Source of the DNA: Antedon mediterranea | Lineage: Eukaryota; Animalia; Echinodermata | DNA length: 64,000 nt | Direction of reading: 5' to 3' | Assembly: GCF_964355755.1 (NCBI RefSeq) | Contig: NC_092670.1 | Location: 18,028,795-18,092,794 of the forward strand | Shown: positions 40,738 to 52,900 of the stretch, piece after piece | How positions within the stretch are numbered: the stretch's first letter is position 1 | Layout of the letters: each line of letters starts with the position of its first letter | Translations under genes and position numbers: made by a program | Notes under the pieces: generated by a model | What the model saw: the letters and a program-made list of their open reading frames with translations, nothing else | Told to the model about the DNA's origin: nothing | The model's database searches: none

Positions 40738-42491
40738 TAACCAAGGTATGCGAAAATAAAATTCGTCTTTAATATTCTCATTCAAAACGTTCATATTTTA
40801 CAGTAATTATGTTCAATTCATTTATTCAATTCATGAAATAATTAATGCCGATGAAAAAAAGTTAACTATAGGGTAACCTACTGCTTAGTTAACTTTGATT
40901 CAAGTTAGGCCCAACTATCGCTAGCCTACTACTAGCCTTCTAATAAACTCGGGTAGACTAGGGCCTAACTAGAGAGGACCAGCCATGCTTACTAGACGGC
41001 CTAATATTAGGCTAGGCCAGGTGGGGAATCTAGCCAGGTGTTGTGTCTTACAGTCCCGCTTACAGTCACACATAACGTGCCTACTACTAGGCCTAACCTC
41101 ACAAAAGCTCTACTATTTATAATTTTTTTTTATATTTTTATTAATTACTTCTTATTATTTATGATTATTTTTCAGGAGCTTTGCAAACTTTTAGGAAGTT
41201 CTTCTACAATCTTTCAGCCTTCAACCAACTGGGTAGGTAGCTGAGTGAAACATGCTCTGCATTTACTTGCTACTATTACTAGGCTTTGTCCTACTATTTT
41301 ACCAGGGATATAAAACATCGACAGGTTTTTGGTTGAATTTAACCATTTATTTTATATTTGTATATTTACAAACTATTTTATTTTTTTCATGCAACTTTAT
41401 TAAAACTGCAAAATGACCTATTCAAAGTCTTTTTTTATTTCTACTTACTATTTTCATGCTTTTGGGGGACAATACATCAAAACATTTTATATTTGATTAA
41501 TTTAGGCCTGCGTAGAGATGACACGCTACGATTGACCCCAGCTGTTGTAGAAGCATTGAGAAGACTACCGGAACAGGATCACAATGAAAGGACGTTCCGG
41601 ATTAAAAGAGCTATTGATCTGACAGGGAAGCATAGGGTCTTACCAAAAGAACAGTGGACAAAGTTTGAAGAGGTATATAGTGACTGTATTTTCGAAATTT
41701 CGATCCAACCTGGCCCTAAACCGTCTACTCTCGGCTAAAGTCAAGTAGGCCCTAAGTCAAGTCGGCCCCTGACCTGCACCCTTTTGACAATATTTCATTG
41801 CCTCTGTTTTCAGTTACTATCTGTGCTTGAGTCATTTACAAATTTGTTTTATTCTTTTTGTATTTTCACTCCTTTTATCATAATTTACATATATTTGACT
41901 TAATTTGTTATTTTACTATTTTTACAAGTTTAAAAAATGTTTTTATGAATGTTTTAACCTTCTATTTTATATTAACAGTACCATATGTAAAACAGGTGCT
42001 ACATCTATACATGATATGTTTTTATCCTGTATAAATATGTTTTAAATAAAAATTTAAAATAAAAACTCCTGAAACTCGTCTGTAGACATTTCTTAAAGTT
42101 CAAATGGTTCCAAATTAGTCACAGTTAGAATACTAGAATTTCTGAGACTAGGCATAGTTTTAGCTTTGACTGGATGGACCAACCTAGTTAAGGCATTGTT
42201 GAAATTAATAAATGCCACTCATGACATCATTTTAACAAGACAAATACAGTAGATAAATTAAGAAAATCATTACAATAATAATATAATACTAAACATTGTT
42301 AAAAGATGGAAAAAAATATTGATATGGTTCAGATTTTAGAAGTTTTGCCTTTTTAACAATAAAAATTTTTTTAACGACGATTTATTCTATCTTTTACTAC
42401 TTTTTTTTTATAGGATAAACGATATTTGAAACCGTATATTGATGAGGTTGAAAAAGAATTCTCCGAAAAAAGTGTTTGGAATAAGATGTAA
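40730..42491 (+). CDS. UQCRB: Cytochrome b-c1 complex subunit 7, 105 aa
   Basis: Exons 40730-40745, 41176-41232, 41506-41672 and 42414-42491 give [93 protein letters not shown] at 42714-42719. Confidence 0.95.
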
Positions 42492-42764
42492 CGGCATCAA
42501 AGAACAATAGAAATACACCCTAATTGAGTGTAACATCTTCAAATGAGCTTGTTGTATTAAGACATTCATTCATCAAAGATATTATGATTTGGTTGATGCT
42601 TTGAATCTTGTGTTAGGTTTCATCTATACACTATTGTACATAATAGATAGATAAAATACATCTAAATTACTTGATCAAACGAATTTGTCTACATCTGTTG
42701 TGCCTATAGATAAAATAAATTAATACAGTTTAATGGGATGTTTTTAATTGAGGAGTCAATTTTA

Positions 42765-42922
42765 TCGTTAGAGATGTTAATCATATATTGGAGATATCAA
42801 TTATTCATTGGAGAGGTCAATCATTCATTCGAGTGGTCAATCATTCGTTGGAGAGGTCAATTATTCATTAGACAGGTCAACTCTTTATTGGAGAGGTCAA
42901 CTCTTTATTGGAGAGGTCAACT
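42765..42922. repeat. 20-bp tandem repeat just 3' of UQCRB
   Basis: Variants of ttattggagaggtcaactct, about 8 copies. Confidence 0.8.
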
Positions 42923-43150
42923 CATATGAAAAGGAATGTTATGTTTGCAGAGTGACTGCCCATGAAATCCTGAGTTCAACAAGAATGTTAAATAAAAAAG
43001 CAATAATAATAATAATGAGTTGTTTTGATTTATTGTGATTTTAATATTGGAGTCACGGTCTAAACAGTAGCTTTATTCTGGCCCAGAAATAAAAATGAAA
43101 TGAAGAGTGTATGGACGGGAAGTCATACAAGAAGTGAGGGATGATGTTAA

Positions 43151-43561
43151 TCTCTGTCTACACTTAATCAAACTTTATGTGAGAACAAAAATGTGATGTG
43201 TCCATATATAGACACGATGATGTCGTACCACTGCCATATTTGGGGTATCACTACCATATTTGGAGATATCTCTACCATATTTGGGCACGTCGCATTTGTT
43301 TGTCAAACTAGTTTTATTCTGTAGACATGACCTTTAGGAAATGGATGAAGAGAAGTTATGAGTATGAATACGTTTGTAAAGTAATGGGAACAAAAATAGT
43401 GATGGTGATATTTAGTTTAGAAGAATATTGGTTTAAAGCTCTGTCTACACTATCAAACTAGTATGTGACAAAAAATGTGATGTGCCCATATCACCACCAT
43501 ATTTGGGCGGGGGCACATCACACTGTTTTTGTCACACTAGTTTGATGGTGTAGTCAGAGCT
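43151..43561. mobile_element. Two adjacent MITE family A copies (~43151-43333 and 43437-43561)
   Basis: Both carry the ctctgtctacac / gtagacagagct-type TIRs and the gggcacatcac core. Confidence 0.75.
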
Positions 43562-44439
43562 TTAGAAAAGGATGTCTGCCTGTCTGTCTTCATTCACTGT
43601 TTATTTACGGTAATTTTTATGAAAGTAATGATGTACACTGTCCTACCAGGATTATATTGTGAGAAATAGACATTTAATTTTAAATATCCTTTAAAAAGGC
43701 TAAGAAAAAAGTCACGATTTGTAGATTTTCTACAGTACAGTGATCAACAATGTGTATGAATATATTCTGCAGTTAGCTTTCGCATTTGAATAAAGTTAGC
43801 ACTGTGGAGCGCTTAAAATAGACTGTCTTAGAAGACAAAGGTGATCGTTCTAATACATCATGTCCACATAACATTAGTAATTTAATATGTTATTCTTCCC
43901 CAATACGTCAAATAGAGAATGTCGTCTTTTTGAATGTGTTTTTTTAAACATGACAATAAATCAAGCGCTGAAATTGCTTTTTTCCTCGGAAAATTACACT
44001 TTTGTATTAATGACATTTTGAATAGAATTAAAGGTACACGTCACAAAAGGGTATCGTCCTTTGGATAAATCTTTTATGACGTCACGTGTAATTTTTACAT
44101 AGGCCTATGTTATGTCAATTCACAATCGTCAGCAGCGAGGAGCCCGTTGGTTACAAAATGGATAACAAATATACATATCTCTTTATTGTCACAATTTAAA
44201 ATAATAATAATTACATTGTTGAACTTATTTGACAATGAAATAAAAAGCTTTCGATTGTCTGGATTTGGCCTTGCAACGTAATTATTTAACAGAGCCTAGA
44301 TAGTTATTAATTGAATATAAAAACAAGAACATCGAAAAATGAACTACAAACATTTCTTAATTTTGGATTTTACATAAAGATACTCACGCACATTTTGAAA
44401 ATAACTAAAACTTAAAAGTAGTCGGGGTTCAAATTGGTA

Positions 44440-45500
44440 TTCCTATTATTATTCCTTATTACAGTGTTTCAAAGTACTACTAGGAAAGATATCCACTCCG
44501 GGGTGCCCGGGATGGTTTACGTGTAGTTTAGAATTCATTTTGATACCTCATATGAATGGAAATTGGTATTCCCATAGTCATCTATGAAAGATATCCACTC
44601 TAGTTGGTTTACATGCAGTTTAAACCCTTCCCAGTAGGCTACAATTAATTTAATTTTGATACCTCATATGAATGGAAATTGGTATTCCCATAGTCATCTA
44701 TGAAAGATATCTACTCTAGTTGGTTTACATGCAGTTTAAACCCTTCCCAGTAGGCTACAATTAATTTAATTTTGATACCTCATATGAATGGAAATTGGTA
44801 TTCCCATAGTCATCTATGAAAGATATCCACTCTAGTTGGTTTACATGCAGTTTAAACCCTTCCCAGTAGGCTACAATTAATTTAATTTTGATACCTCATA
44901 TGAATGGAAATTGGTGTTCCTAGTATTCCTTATTACAGTGTTTGAAGAAAGTAGTTTAAAGTTTAAAACCTTTCCAGTTTCATTTTGATTTCCCATGTGA
45001 ATGGAAATTGGTATTCCATTAGTTTTCCTCATTTTAATGAAGTACTACTATGAAAGATGTGGTGTTGGAGAAAGCTTCTAGGTATTCCATAGACTGCCAG
45101 AAGAACTAATGAAAGTGTAAGGCACGAAATAGGCAAGAAACGCACATTAATCGAATCTATTATAAAACAAAAACTACAATACTTTGGACATATTGCCAGA
45201 CGGGATGGAGATAGTATGGAGGAAATGATTATGTTTGGGAAAGTTGAGGGGAAACGGAAAAGAGGAAGACAGAGACTCAGCTGGATTGATGGCATAAGTG
45301 ATGCTGCAAACCGACCAATAATCAGTTGCTACAATGAAGCTCAAGATCGGCAAGAATGGAGACACCTCATTAGAATGGTCACGAGTATACTTAGATATGA
45401 GTAGAACGACGAGAGAGAGACTGTGAAAGATACCCACTCCGGGGTGGTTTACTTGTAGCATTCCCAGTACAATTAATTTCATTTTGATACCTCGATCATA
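44440..45500. repeat. 116-bp tandem repeat (3 near-identical units plus degenerate flanks), interrupted by the RTE fragment
   Basis: tgatacctcatatgaatggaaattggtattccc recurs at 44541, 44657 and 44773, with a further start near 44889. Confidence 0.9.
45059..45420 (+). mobile_element. 3' fragment of an RTE (BovB-like) LINE inserted into a tandem repeat unit
   Basis: Translation MWCWRKLLGIP*TARRTNESV..LQYFGHIARR..GKVEGKRKRGRQRLSWIDGI, (GA)n tail, and an 11-bp TSD with one mismatch (ctatgaaagat 45048-45058, ctgtgaaagat 45421-45431). Confidence 0.8.
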
Positions 45501-47352
45501 TGAATAGATGTGTGTATTGTAATAGCATACATTATATATCAGACAACCTACAAAACTCTCTTTCTCTCTTAATATAGATTACAATAGCATTAATTGTGGG
45601 TATTATCGTTTTCAGACCCTTATACACTTAATTCCGAATTAGCCTCTTCTATAGATTTTTGCATTTTTCTCCTTCAAAGCTTTTAGGCATCGTCTTCTTT
45701 TCCCATGATTTTTGACTGCCACTCCTCACTAACTCTTTTCTCCAAATAATATTGTTCGTTAGGAAGGTTCTCAGGTAGAATTAATAATCTTTCTTTTTGT
45801 TGTTATTCACTAGCATGTTTATAGTCTGACATTTTGTCTCGTGACATCTCTTATGAAGGTTACACTAATGTTCGACAATGATCCTCAGTATAATACCATT
45901 AATTGCTAAACAAAGTAATTTGCGCAAAACTTATAATAGACATAAATACAGGATAATCATACCGATAAAGCTAATGACGTGCTATATACAATTGTCGTTA
46001 ATTCTGTTTTTGTGTGGCAGAGACACGACGTAAAAGATCGCGTCTCAGTCTAAAAAACAGTCCTTGCCAAATATCGGTACAGATAGTTTTTGGCGTGAGA
46101 AACTTTACGGTACATCTATCTTTTAGACCGGGCAGAAAGTTTATTCACGTGAAAAGCCACAAAAGGTTTTATTTGGCTTTGGCTGATTATGTAGAATGGC
46201 CAAGATTCAATAATCCATATTGCTGCCGGGTCGTTTTCTGTAAATTTATCCATGAGGACACCAAATAGGAAGGGTAAAAAATGGATTTAATTTTGAGAAA
46301 ATCAACAAGGATAAAGGTTGTTAGACATCGTCCCTATATGTGTATACTACAATGTTAAAACAGAAATGACAGCAACTTTATCCTGTAAGTTGCCCGAGAG
46401 CGAATTATTTTTTCGTGATTTAAGTTGGAAACCCCTTATGTGAAAGATAGCCGAACTACTTCCTAACTATAACTAAACCTAACCCTCTAAATAATCTCTC
46501 TCTCACTATAGAGTAAAAAAAGAAGTTGCTCATGGGATTCGAACCCCATACATCGACATACTAATTCCATAGTCTAATCCGGTCAACTAAACAGACGGCT
46601 CGGCAGAAAACGTTTGCATTGGTGAATTGGTGTTAGATCAATTCTTACGTCACACCTTATGTATATGACTAATGAATATTCATGTTTATTTTGTGACGTT
46701 TCATGAGGAGTCCCCAACTTATGTGGGAAAAGAAATAATAATAAAAATGTTAATCATGTCAAGAGCCACACGTCTAATTCCTTTTGTATTGTAACTGTTA
46801 AGCCTACACATTGGGATGCACACAAATAGCAGCATTGATAGCAACTTTATCCAAAAATAGCCCGAAAATGCCCGTTGGGCTATATCAGATTTAATCACAC
46901 AAAGAGCCACACGGCTAATTTCTTTTGCTTTGTAACTGTTACACATTGGGATGCACACAAATACCATTGACAGCTACTATATTCGCAAGAATTGTAGATA
47001 ATGAAACACATTAAATATCAGTGTTTTATCTGCACAATGCTATAGTTTACAACTGGTGTAATTATTTGAAACTAGAAGTAGGTAAAGAATTAGGTTACGT
47101 TGTAAACAACATAATTCTTTTCTGTAAGACAATCTTAGAAATACTACGGTTAGGTTTATCTCAAATCAATTAGTATCCGCGTCATAGTTATCGTTTCGTT
47201 TCGAGTAACTTAGCGTCGCTGAATTTTGTAAATTAATAAAGCCGACACGGATCTATACATTAAGGTAATGTACGGTGGCATTGAGAGATGGTAAGATATA
47301 CACGGAAATGACAACACAAAAACCATGGTAAAATCCTATTGGAACTGTATAG

Positions 47353-47490
47353 AATGAATGAACGAATGAATGAACGAACGAGTCAATGAATGAATGAATG
47401 ATGAATGAACGAACGAACGAATAAATGAACGAACGAATGAACGGACGAATGAACGAACGAGTCAATAAGCGAGCAAATCAATCAATCAAT
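47353..47490. repeat. (GAAT/GAAC)n tetranucleotide microsatellite
   Basis: Direct inspection. Confidence 0.85.
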
Positions 47491-48920
47491 GTTATCTGAA
47501 ACTCAATAATACTTTAATATTTCAATATTTATTTGTAAAAAATGTACAATTGATCAAAATATACACACACACTACAGTAAATAAACGTATACAACATCGT
47601 ACCCTTAGGTCTACTCCCATAAATATTACGGTATGAATTAGTTTTGCACACAAAAAAAATTAATAATTTGGATATCAAGGCGGTAAGTTTCCAACACGCA
47701 GAACAACGGTTACACATTAATTTATTCTCACTTGTTTCGTTTCACGGAACGAAATTTGGAGCCGTGACGAGTGTGAATTTTTATTAATTATAAAATATGA
47801 TTAGAGATATTATTTGTATACTTACATTAGGCTAATCAAGTAGCCACGGGTGACAATTAAGGATGACAATTAAGTGGCCTATAGAGTGACAATCAATTGG
47901 CATAGAGCGACAATCAAGTGGCCCACGGAGGACAATCTTATCAATTATCATAATAATGAATACAGTACATACAGTCAGTCAAAACATGAATTTAACGCGC
48001 GCGTACAAGCTGATAAAATTGTCGCATTACTGTCGAAGGTTTCATAAATACTATTAGTTTAAACGATTTAAATACAAGTTTATGTTTATAAAAATGATTA
48101 CTTTTAAATAATTTACCATAGTTTTGTATATATAGCATTTTGAATTGTACGAAATGGTCAGTATAAATCACAAATATACAGTTGATAGTTAAATTAAGTA
48201 AAGAAAGTGAAATGATAAAGCGAGTACGACGTGTCTTCAGATGTGCTTAATTGTAGTAATATTTCAAAAATTATATATTTACACACATTAAAAGATTATA
48301 TTATATAATTTCATCACAAATCACTTTGCGTTATAAATCATTGTAAAAAAAAACTTAATTTGAAATATGATAAAGACATCCGTTAATAAAATAAAAAAAA
48401 TACGAGTGCATTAGATTTACATAATTTGAATTATCGATAAGCAAACCGGCCATCATTGATATTGAAATAAATATAATACTAAAAAATTAAATAAAAATAC
48501 ACGTATTATATTACTGTATAGTCTAAAATATAAAAACCTTTTAAAATAAAGTTGATAGGCTGTGTACTTAAAATCAACTGATGATTTACCCTCATATAAT
48601 TTGCATCTAACTCTTATTAAAAACAAAAGTAGGCCTATGTACAGTCAAGGCTAGCCTTGATACAAGTATAAAAATATACTGTTCAATAATAACTCGTGTT
48701 ATTAGCTTCTGTTGTATAATTCGGAATTGGAAAAAAAACACATACTGATCTCTATAATACTAAAGCTTGGTTCCCACCTGGACGTACGCATGCTCAACAA
48801 CACAAGTGAGTTAACCAATCACAGGAGGTGACAATTTGGATGATCGTTCTCATCGTCGTGATTGGGCAATATACTAATAACGTGTACGTACGTCATCGTT
48901 GCGTGGGAACCAAGATGTAA

Positions 48921-49100
48921 AGCCGGTTTTCCATTAGACGAATTTATTCACGCGAATCGAAATTGTTTACTGATGCGCATGTGTATATTAGTAGTAGTAT
49001 TCATATACAGTAGGTCTACTTTTGTGACGTAGAAAAACGCGCAACCAATTATTACTCAGTATGTTCGATTCGCGCGAATATTTGCTAATAAAAAAGGGCT
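48921..49100. mobile_element. MITE family C (TAA-flanked; fragment also at ~51380-51450)
   Basis: agccggttttccattagacgaatttattcacgcgaatcga ... tcgattcgcgcgaatatttgctaat..gggct, TAA on both sides. Confidence 0.6.
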
Positions 49101-49931
49101 TAAGCGTCGTATGCTCAAGGTTTGGCGAAGGAATCTATTGAGATATATCATCTTTGTCATATTGCGATTACCCATTTAATAAGCACGCGAATTGTTATAT
49201 TTTATTGTTAACACATAGGTCTACAATGCCAACAATCAACAATTTATAATTGTCAAAATGCTCAATATGTTTTAAAACTATTATTAGGCCCATTATTATC
49301 ATCTAACCTTGGAATATAGCATCACACGGCCATCTTTGCTGTGATCGCTTTAATATAAGTACAGATCATATATTAATGTTGAGACAAAACAGGCATATAG
49401 GCATATGTACAATTGCAAATGTCCAAATATAATATTATATTAATTACTTTATCTAAACCTGGATGACGTAACGACCACCTCTCTGCAGTGATCACTAGAA
49501 ATAAATGTGCTTTTATACCATAGAGAAATTACAAACTATAGTATTCAAATAAAATGGAAGTTAAAATGCAGCGTATAATTCTAAATACAACATTATAATG
49601 TAACATTAATGTATATTTATAACGCGTACAAAGCGGGAAGAAGTAAAGGGTTTCAGTCTGGAATTTTTTTAGATAAAGACGTTATAGGCTTACATAGCGG
49701 AACTAAATTTTATTTCATAGCAATAATGCTATATATCTGTAAGTAAAATTTATCCGTCGAAGTGATAAGTAGGCCTACGAATTTAAGCAATGAACGACAT
49801 CGTATTAAAGAGTTAAGGTATTGCGGATGGCTTATCGATCAAAAGTGAAGTATGTTCCTTTATTCTGCTACATGTTGAGTCTATACAGCCATCGCATAAA
49901 CAGTCACAATCAATTTCAATTTATTCTGGGC

Positions 49932-52900
49932 TTAGAACTCCATTTCTGAACGATTGTTGTGTCTAGCCCATAAACGTTTTTCTTGCGGGGCTGTGCCATC
50001 TCCGTTAGCATCGATACGTTTGAAGCTTCTATGCCGATACACAGCTGAAAAACAAAACAAAAGTCCATCATTGCATTTTTAGATTTTAGAGAATATTTAC
50101 AATATACACGACACAAAGAAATAAAATAAACGCTCTGTCTACACGATTATACAGAAAAGTATGGTTTAGAAAATCATTTTGAAAGCCAAATAATAATAAA
50201 GTATTATTTTGAATCAATTCTAATATTTATTTAGCAAAAAAAAAATTCAATTTCGATATTGTTCGCAAAATAAAAGCGACTCGAAAACTAAACGATCGCG
50301 AAAATTAAACAAACGCGTAATTTTTGGAAACATTTTGAAACATGATGGTAAGAGGATTTATAACTAAAGCCTTGATATTACAATGTTTTAATTAGTCAAG
50401 AAGTCTGCAGTCGCGTTGGAATTTGTTTATAAATATTTTCTTGAATTTCGGATTTCAATTATAAGAATCATTCGAACTTAAATAACCCTTTTGTTATAGC
50501 AAATCACAATCAACTTCTGGCACCGTACTTGAAAGGTGACTGAATTCAACACAGGTAAAAGAGTAAGATAGGTATCCCTATTTATTGTCGTCCCCAAGCT
50601 TAACTGCAATCTTGTTTCTACATTCACACCGAGGCCACCAGACCGGAATCCGCCCTCACTGTGAACGTAGCTTTAAGCTTGGTTCCCACTAGGATGCAAC
50701 GCAAGGACGTAAGCCGCAACACCATTCACAATTATGGGCCCTTGGGGAATAAACTTAAAACTTTAGATATACAGTAGTATTGAAATACTTTGACAATACT
50801 GTTAATTCGTATTAACCATTTTTGGTCGCAATTTGGATCGCAAATTTTTTACTTACATATACAAATAAACTTTATTACTGTGAGTGTGGGTACTGTTAGA
50901 TATATAAACACATAATATACAAAAAAACTCTATTACTGACAGTTGCTTCTCAACGTTTGTATTAATTAATATTTACCAAAAAAAATAGTTAGTGTAATGT
51001 GGCGAACATGTCATCACAGACTCACCTTTGTTTAACTTTGCGCTTCAAGACAAAGTTTCTGATGAAACGCGTAATGTGCGCGTAATTACAGATTTATTAC
51101 CGTATAGTTTGAAGGCAAAATCAACTTCATATAAAAATGATTACATAACTGATGATTGATGGCATCATTGCTTTTACATGACATTTAGAAAATAATTCTT
51201 TTCAAATAGTTGTATTTGCGAAGTAGGCATACAAAATGTCCTTTTATGAAGGGGAGTCCCATAGTAAAACATACCGTACATGTTCACAAGAAATAACCCT
51301 TAATATAGGTGTCTACTAAATAGGGGGTTTCCATGAATAGGAGAGTCACAAAGGAGGGGTACTTTGAAAATAAACATATTGATACGCATGTGCAGTACCA
51401 TAGTCAGTCTTTTGAATCGCGCGAATAAATTTGCCTAATGGAAAAACATACTTAAATCCATCATAAATGAATTAGTTTTATGTTTAATTGTTTAAGTTTA
51501 TTATTATCTTTAATTTTCCTTTTCCATGTCAGTGACCAATCGTTCTCTATATCAAAATGTGTTTTCCACTTTGTTTTACTCTTGGTTGGTTCTAACCGTT
51601 TGTCCTTAATAAAATATAAATATATTTGTTTACTACTTATATTCAACCATCGAACATGTAATGTTTTTAAATCTTTGATTTTTACACCTTGAAGAAATTT
51701 AATAGAATTTGTCATTATGCAGTTTGATTTATATCTAAAGTGTATTTAAGTAATTCATTGAGTTAATGAACCTGTCGTCAATTACAATATCCTTATTATT
51801 TCGCACACCTGACCTTTTTATCCAATTTCTTGTTGATGTAATATAGCATCATAACATAATGGACATTTAATAATACAACAAGTAAGTTGAGCTAAATTAC
51901 ATAGTATCGAATTATTATCTATGGCATGCTTTTAAAAATATTATTTTTCATATCTTTAGAAGCGTTTATCTACAAAAATGAAGATAGTTTCAATGTGTTG
52001 AAAAATAAACAGTGAAATGTCTATCATTAGTTTTACTTATCGCTATAAATTATATAATATGTCTCTCAAAAACATATTTAAAAGTAATTTATTTTATAAA
52101 TAGATAATGTAGAATTCAATTATATAGAAAATGTGTATCTGTAACACTAATATTATATTTCATTTTAATGTATTGAGAATACGTTTGACAATATAAATAC
52201 CGATAGAAAATAATATCACTGTGCATTATCAATAATACTGACAATAGAGAGCCTCTTTATCTTTCACATTAGTTTAATCATACCTCATTGTTTTACATTT
52301 TCCTTTGTTCATTATTCTGTTTGTTATAAATGATATGATTAATAAATGTTTACTGTAACTAGATTTGAACTCGTCACCACGAAGAGTTAGTTGAAACAAT
52401 TAAGGTATATTTATAGCATTGGTTAAAACGAATAAACGTAACGTTTATGTTAAAATACATGGGCAAAGATTTTTTACCTCCATGATTCAACTACCTAGGT
52501 AGAGTTTTTTTGTTGAGAATTCTTTAATAGTCGAAGCTGGGTGATACTATATCCCCAAGTCTGTATAGTTATTGTCTTTTTTATGTTTACCAATCGGCGT
52601 TTCGATTAAGTCCAGTTTACGAGCTCAAGTAGTATACGTATGAAACGCAATATGTGCCAAAATATTTATCTTTTTACTAATATTAAGTCAAAACTACTAA
52701 CCTTTGCTCCTTCGATTAATGGTATCCAATGCAGTGCGTTTTCTTTCAACGGGTGGTTGGTTGGTCGTGCTGCCATACAACACCGATTCGTTATCATCAT
52801 CGTAATCCATCACAGAAAGCCCATTTTGCGGTGGTGGTCCAGCTAATGATAAAAATAACAATTAATTAATGAAATAAATAGGCAAGTCAATGCCTTGAGA

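Noticed and set aside
46515-46600. tRNA-like B box (GGTTCGAATCC) on the minus strand, also near 28540
   Set aside because: I could not fold a cloverleaf; these are probably repeat remnants.
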